A DNA stretch of 40,792 nt from Candidatus Sericytochromatia bacterium (GTDB lineage: Bacteria; Cyanobacteriota; Sericytochromatia; S15B-MN24; JAQBPE01), in contig JAYKHR010000137.1 in the NCBI GenBank assembly GCA_035285125.1, forward strand, positions 1 through 40,792, in the 5' to 3' direction. Under the pieces are notes generated by a model. The model worked only from the letters and a program-made list of their open reading frames with translations, was not told the origin of the DNA and did not search any database. This document shows, piece after piece, positions 35,949-40,792 of the stretch (positions are counted from its first letter, which is position 1; every line of letters begins with the position of its first letter). The translations under genes and the position numbers were made by a program.

Positions 35949-35973
35949 GTACCCCAACGAAGGCCTATGAAAC
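35949..35973 (-). promoter_or_regulatory. SigB/SigF-type promoter GTTT-N15-GGGTAC
   Basis: Minus strand reads GTTT-cataggccttcgttg-GGGTAC upstream of the 35889 start. Confidence 0.55.
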
Positions 35974-36018
35974 GGGGGCGCGGCGCCGAGGTGATTCAAG
36001 TGCGCCGTCCCGTGGAAC

Positions 36019-37347
36019 ATGACAACCACCGACGACCAGCAGGACCTCCGAATGCCACCCACGACACCCTCCGGGTCCGCCGGCGAGCCGCGCCCCACGA
36101 ACCAGATGCGCCTGCAGGCCCAGCACGCCTGGGTCAAGCTGCCCGACACCCTGTTGTCGGCCAACGTGCCGCACCTCGACGCCACGCTGGTGGACCGCAC
36201 GCCGGGCGATCCGCTGACGCCACTCGCCTGGGGCAGCTACGACCTCCACATCCGCTCGGGCGCGGTCCAGCTGCTCGACAGCCAGGCCACGACCCTCCTG
36301 CAGCAGGCGGGGGGGGAGCTGCTTGCCCGGCACCAGTTGCGCGACGCCCGCGTGCGGTTCTTGCCGGACGGCCGCATCCGCGTCGCGGCGACGGCCCAGC
36401 GCGCGGGGCTACCACTTCCCGTCGCCTTGGACTTCCGCGTGGCCCGGCGGGACAGCAACACCGTCGCGCTGGTGCCCGCGTTCTCCTGGCTGACGCGGCT
36501 CGGGCTCGGGGCCATGGGGCTCGACCTGATGCGCGAGCTGTCAAAGGCCGTCCCGGGCTCGAAACTGGAGCCGGGCGGGGGGCTGGCGCTCGACGTGCGC
36601 ACGCTGTCCCGGCTGCATGCCGACATGCAGGCGATCGCCGTCCGTGACGGCCGCTTGGAGGTGAGCCTGGGCCCGGGCACCACGCCGAGCCGGCCCCCCG
36701 GGCCGCGCGAAGGCGCGACGAACTGGGTCGCCATCGAGACCCGCGGGGACGTGAGCGGGCCGCAGGGCATCCTGCGCAACGGCAGAACCTTTTCCCGCGT
36801 GGAGGGCGGACCAACTGCCCCGATCCTGCTCAACGACCTGCCGAAGTGGGTGAACATGCGGCGCGACGCGGGTGAGGCCGTGCTCGATCAGGCGGCCCTC
36901 GCCAGCCTGATCGCAGAGCGCGTGCCGGCGTTCAAGCTCCAGCGCTCGCGGTTCGCGGGCGACACGCTGGAGGTGGCGGGGCGCTACCAGCTCTCGATGG
37001 CCGCGCTCGCGGGCCTGTTCGGCCTGGCCTTCGGAGGCCGGGAGGGCCTGGCGCGGGGCATCGCGGCCGGCAGGTCGGCCCCGGACCTCGGCGTGCCGGT
37101 CTCGGCCCGCCTGCGGCTGGAGGCCCACCCGGACGGCCGGTTGCGCCTGACGCCCTCGGGCGACGAGGTGCTCACCAACACGATCCGCGCGGAACTCGCC
37201 GCCCTGCCGGGCGCGCGCCAGGACGGGCAGGGCGTGCTCCTCGACGTGTCGCGGGTGGCGGAGGTGGACCTCGGCCCGCTGCGACGGGTGCGCGCGGAGC
37301 GGGGACAGCTCGTGCTCGGGTTCGACCGGCCGGCGAAGGACGGCTGA
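36019..37347 (+). CDS. hypothetical protein, possibly LmeA/DUF2993-like lipid-binding fold
   Basis: Coding-like GC3 pattern; ATTLLQQAG...ARVRFLPDGRIRVAA...PVALDFRV loosely resembles DUF2993-like modules (weak assignment). Confidence 0.6.
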   Translation: MTTTDDQQDLRMPPTTPSGSAGEPRPTNQMRLQAQHAWVKLPDTLLSANVPHLDATLVDRTPGDPLTPLAWGSYDLHIRSGAVQLLDSQATTLLQQAGGELLARHQLRDARVRFLPDGRIRVAATAQRAGLPLPVALDFRVARRDSNTVALVPAFSWLTRLGLGAMGLDLMRELSKAVPGSKLEPGGGLALDVRTLSRLHADMQAIAVRDGRLEVSLGPGTTPSRPPGPREGATNWVAIETRGDVSGPQGILRNGRTFSRVEGGPTAPILLNDLPKWVNMRRDAGEAVLDQAALASLIAERVPAFKLQRSRFAGDTLEVAGRYQLSMAALAGLFGLAFGGREGLARGIAAGRSAPDLGVPVSARLRLEAHPDGRLRLTPSGDEVLTNTIRAELAALPGARQDGQGVLLDVSRVAEVDLGPLRRVRAERGQLVLGFDRPAKDG

Positions 37348-37398
37348 GCCTTGCGCCGTGGTAGTATGCCGGCGCCGCCCCAGGCCCGAGGTGTCGCC

Positions 37399-38394
37399 AT
37401 GACTCGCCCGCTGCTCCGACCCTCGCTGCTGCTTGCCGCCGCCTGCCTCACGGCCCTTTCCGGCTGTGACCGCCTCGTCGGCCTCGCCCCGCTGCTGACG
37501 CAGGTGACGTCGTGCGGCATGGCCGTCGGCGCCCAGGACCTCGCCAGGCTCGCCGAGGGCCCCGCGATCTTCGTCGATGCCGTGCGCGTCGTCGTGGACG
37601 AGGTGGGGCGCCAGGCCCAGGCCGTGGGCCGCGGCCTGCAAGGCGGCGTGTCGCTGGACGGCAAGGCCCTCGCGGCCCTGGGCCCGTACGCCTGGCAAGG
37701 CGAGGGAGGCTACCGCCGCGAGGCAGGGGACGGCCGCGGCTTCACGCTGCGCTTCACCTACGGCGAGGGGGTCCCGGGCAAGGCCGCCGGCGCCCCGCTG
37801 GAGGCCGACCTCACCCGCCTCGACAGCTACGTGCCCGATGCGCTCGCCTTGCTGAACCCGGCGGGCGCACGCGGCCCACTGTTCCCCCTGGTGCAGGCCA
37901 CGGGGCTCACGGGCGGCACGCTGGCCTTCCGCGACGAGGCCCTGCGCCTCGCGGTGGGCTCCACGGTCGCCACCACGCTGCAGGGCTACGCGCTCCAGCT
38001 CGCGGTCACGACGCGGCCGATGACGGCAGGCGGCCTCGTGCAGGCCCTCGCGGCCCGTGAGGTCGCCCTCGACCTGCGCGACACCGCGCTGCGGGACCCG
38101 GCCCGGGGCTTCGCGCTGACGATGAAGCGCTTCGGGCTCACGGTGGGCCTCGACGGCACGACGCGCCTCGGTGGCGACTACGTCGTGGAGGTGGCAAGCG
38201 GAGCCCTGCGCTACGTCGGCGCCGTCAGCACGGCCGACGGGAGGCCCCGCCTGTCGCTGCGCTGCACCGAAGACGCGAGCAGCGAGTTCGCGGCCGTGAC
38301 GTGGGCGGACGGCAAGCCGGAGCTGGCCTGGCGCGGGGGCCGCAGCGCGCTCTCGCTGCCGGCGCTGGCGCCCGCACGCATCGATGCGCCCTGA
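37399..38394 (+). CDS. hypothetical lipoprotein
   Basis: GAGG RBS; lipobox LSGC; beta-rich body; TGgTAGTAT extended -10-like element upstream. Confidence 0.75.
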   Translation: MTRPLLRPSLLLAAACLTALSGCDRLVGLAPLLTQVTSCGMAVGAQDLARLAEGPAIFVDAVRVVVDEVGRQAQAVGRGLQGGVSLDGKALAALGPYAWQGEGGYRREAGDGRGFTLRFTYGEGVPGKAAGAPLEADLTRLDSYVPDALALLNPAGARGPLFPLVQATGLTGGTLAFRDEALRLAVGSTVATTLQGYALQLAVTTRPMTAGGLVQALAAREVALDLRDTALRDPARGFALTMKRFGLTVGLDGTTRLGGDYVVEVASGALRYVGAVSTADGRPRLSLRCTEDASSEFAAVTWADGKPELAWRGGRSALSLPALAPARIDAP

Positions 38395-39487
38395 GTGGCT
38401 CTGGCGGCTCGCCGGGCCCACTCGGCGGGCCGCCTGGCGCCGCCGCTGGCGGCTGGCCCAGGCCGAGGTGCTCTACCTCCGGCGCGTGTGGGTGGAGTTC
38501 CGCGCCTCCCTGCTCTTCACCGGCACGGTTTGGGGCCTCTCGCTGGGCGCGCTGCACGCCGGCTACCCGATGGCGCCGGGTGAGCACCCGATGACGTGGG
38601 ACCGCGCCGCCTACTACGTGCTGGTGATGACGGCCTTCGAGGCGGCGCTGGAGTTCCCCCCCCAGGCACCGTGGTTTGTGAAGGTGGTGTTCTATGGGTT
38701 GCCGTTGCTCGGCCTGTTTGTCATCATTGACGCGATCGTGCGCTTCTCGAAGCTGGTCTTCGAGCGACGCGCACAGGTGAAGGATTGGCAGGCCTTGGTA
38801 GCGAGCACCTTCCGCGAGCACGTCGTCGTCTGCGGCCTCGGCCACGTCGGCTACCGCACGGCCGAGCAGCTGCTGGAGAGCCACGTCGAGTGCGTCGGCA
38901 TCGAGGTGGCGGAGAGCGCCTTCTGCCGCGACCTCATTGCCCGCGGCGTACCCGTCGTGGTGGGCGACACGCGGCAGCCCGAGACGCTCCTGGCCGCGGG
39001 CGTGGCGCGGGCGCGGGCCATCGTGGTGGCCACCGACAACGACGTCGTGAACATCGAGACGGCGCTGGTGGCCCGCGAGCTGGCGCCGGGCATCCGCACC
39101 GTCGTCAGGCTCTTCGACCAGCGGCTGGCTCGCAAGGTGGAGCGCCTCGGGGAGATCGACGCGGCCTTCAGCACCTCCGAGCTCGCAGCGCCCGTGTTCG
39201 CGGCGTCAGCCCTCTCGCAGCGCGTGCTTCACTCGTTCAGGGTCGGGGGCCTCACGCTGCAGACGGTGGAGCTGACGGTCCAAGCGACCTCGGCCCTCGC
39301 GGGCAAGCGCATCAGCGAGGTGCAGGCCCGGCTGGAGCTCACCTTCCTGCTGGTGCGACACAACGACCACGTGGACTGGAACCCTCCGAGCGACACGGTG
39401 CTGCCGGCGGGTACCACGGCGATGGTCGTGGCCACGGCCGAGGTCGTGCAGGCCCTCGAGGCCCTCAACGCGACGCAGGCCTCCTGA
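38384..39487 (+). CDS. TrkA-N/TrkA-C (RCK) protein with 2TM channel-like N-terminus
   Basis: TM helices, HVVVCGLGHVG, VVVGDTRQPETLLAAGV, ATDNDVVNIE and RCK-C (SALAGKRISE). Confidence 0.85.
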   Translation: MRPEWLWRLAGPTRRAAWRRRWRLAQAEVLYLRRVWVEFRASLLFTGTVWGLSLGALHAGYPMAPGEHPMTWDRAAYYVLVMTAFEAALEFPPQAPWFVKVVFYGLPLLGLFVIIDAIVRFSKLVFERRAQVKDWQALVASTFREHVVVCGLGHVGYRTAEQLLESHVECVGIEVAESAFCRDLIARGVPVVVGDTRQPETLLAAGVARARAIVVATDNDVVNIETALVARELAPGIRTVVRLFDQRLARKVERLGEIDAAFSTSELAAPVFAASALSQRVLHSFRVGGLTLQTVELTVQATSALAGKRISEVQARLELTFLLVRHNDHVDWNPPSDTVLPAGTTAMVVATAEVVQALEALNATQAS

Positions 39488-39498
39488 GTGAGCCAGCC

Positions 39499-40362
39499 TC
39501 ACCCCGGGCCCGGCTCGGGCCGGCGAGCCCCCGGCGTCGCAGGGGCCTGCTCGGGCATCATCGTGATGGCCGGCAACGCCGGCGGGCGCTCGCCCCGCCG
39601 CAGGCGCGCCACCCAGTCGGCCAGCTCCGTGGGGCCGAGGGCGCGCAGGCTGTCGAAGCCCGAATAAAGCCGGCGGCCCCAGAGGGCCATCGCCCGGCGG
39701 TCGATGCCGTGGGTGTCGCACATGTTGCCGAGCTGCCGGCGCAGCGCGGCCTTGCGCGCCTCCAGATCGGTCGGCAGGGGCGTGACCTCGGCCGCCTCGG
39801 CATGGGCGAGCTCCTCGGCGCTGTGGATGCCGCCGAGCTCCAGCGGGAAGGCCTTTCGCAGCGCGAGCGCCTCGGCGACCTTGGCGAGCATGACCTCGGG
39901 CATCGCGGCCCAAAACCGTGTCGGGTGGCCTTCCCGGTCGCACTGCACGTAGCTGTGCCAGTGGGCCACGGCGTATAGCGGCTCCGGGAAGCCTGCCCGC
40001 AAGACGCCGACCCGCGCGGCGCGCGGAGGGTGGCGCTCGTCGAGCCAGACCTCGTGCCAGGCCTCGTCCGGCCCGCACCACCACGGGCCGACCTGGCCTG
40101 CGTAAGCCCCCGTACGCTCGGCAATCAGGCGGAAGCCGTCGATCGAGACCTGTGGCCGCAGCGTGGCCACCCCCTCGCGGCCCCGGCGGCGGACGAAGTG
40201 GACCTGGCCCGCGAGCGGGTCGAGGCGGGTGCGCTCGCAGAAGCGAACCGCCAGGTCGAGCTCGGCCTCGGTGGCGTCGGGCAGGAGGTGCCGGCGCAGC
40301 AGGGCGCGCAGGTTCTCAGGCGAGGCCTCTCCCGGGGCCATGGGGGGCTGGCGGTCTTCCAT
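39499..40362 (-). CDS. bet: phage recombination protein Bet (RecT/Redbeta single-strand annealing family)
   Basis: ATEAELDL...CERTRLDPLAGQVHFV, QVSIDGFRLIAERTGAYAG, WAAMPEVMLAKVAEALALRKAFP; GGAGG RBS before ATG 40362. Confidence 0.9.
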   Translation of the reverse strand: MEDRQPPMAPGEASPENLRALLRRHLLPDATEAELDLAVRFCERTRLDPLAGQVHFVRRRGREGVATLRPQVSIDGFRLIAERTGAYAGQVGPWWCGPDEAWHEVWLDERHPPRAARVGVLRAGFPEPLYAVAHWHSYVQCDREGHPTRFWAAMPEVMLAKVAEALALRKAFPLELGGIHSAEELAHAEAAEVTPLPTDLEARKAALRRQLGNMCDTHGIDRRAMALWGRRLYSGFDSLRALGPTELADWVARLRRGERPPALPAITMMPEQAPATPGARRPEPGPG

Positions 40363-40505
40363 GGGTGGCCTCCCGGCCGCGACACGGGCGGCCCTGAGCG
40401 CATGGATACGCCAGGCGGGGCCGTGAACCAACAGGCGGCGCAGCCTTCCCCTGAGCGCGACGGCCCAAGGAGCCCGGCCACCCGCGCTGGCCCTGACCGC
40501 CCCCC

Positions 40506-40792
40506 TCAGTAAGCCCTGCCGTCGATCCAGAGGGCCTCGAGCTTGGCCGTGCCGTCCGGGCCCACCTTGGCCTCCACCTGGATGGGCCGGCTGGCCTCCC
40601 GCGCGGCCGCCATCGCCTGCTCGATCACGTCCCCTTGCGCCTCCGGGATGAGGTACTGCTCCAGGCCCCAGGCGAGGCTGCCCCCCGTGCGATCGCCCCG
40701 GAGCAGCACGTGGCCCGGGCGGTCCGCCGGACGCGCCAGGCTGACGACGACGGGCCGCCACGGCCCGGTGCCCACGCCAGGCGCCAGCACCA
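40506..40792 (-). CDS. GDYXXLXY-domain membrane-anchored protein, C-terminal part only
   Basis: LLRGD...WGLEQYLIPEAQG...VEAKVGPDGTAKLEALWIDG matches the typical family C-terminus; the 5' end is outside the window. Confidence 0.75.
   Translation of the reverse strand, partial: VLAPGVGTGPWRPVVVSLARPADRPGHVLLRGDRTGGSLAWGLEQYLIPEAQGDVIEQAMAAAREASRPIQVEAKVGPDGTAKLEALWIDGRAY

Noticed and set aside
34923..40792. Prophage or island integrated at tRNA-Arg and including bet
   Set aside because: No integrase, att duplication, phage structural genes or compositional shift was seen between the tRNA and bet.

Overview
Very high-GC (roughly 70-75% by eye) bacterial chromosomal segment with about 30 protein genes and one tRNA-Arg(CCU); no integrase, transposase, CRISPR array or rRNA is visible. 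Most long ORFs in the supplied track are GC-driven antisense or out-of-frame shadows. The window is dominated by predicted lipoproteins: two paralogous NHL beta-propeller lipoproteins (3008, 9057), two paralogous large propeller-type lipoproteins (5607, 17997), a modular lipoprotein (22395), two S8-FN3 proteases and three further unknown lipoproteins. Five of them share an N-terminal cassette: lipobox, Pro/Thr linker, tandem Gly/Asn octapeptides (GLIGNNxG-like), then a [YF]-x-L-x-[QA] motif. This family is the best candidate for an undescribed system. I recall such repeats from Ca. Sericytochromatia (non-photosynthetic cyanobacterial relatives), but that is an unverified inference. A GGGTAY hexamer (SigB/SigF-type -10) precedes 12 genes, with a CGGTAC variant before one more. 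TTAA-N7-TTAAC boxes precede a different gene set. Other genes: MerR-HTH plus VIT-vWA pair, LMW phosphatase, DUF5677/HEPN-like protein, alpha/beta hydrolase, an M48 peptidase broken by an in-frame TAA, SPFH plus NAD-kinase-like pair, two RCK/K+ channel-family genes, TPR protein, Ogt, 5'-nucleotidase, an orphan phage-type Bet recombinase and a partial GDYXXLXY protein.
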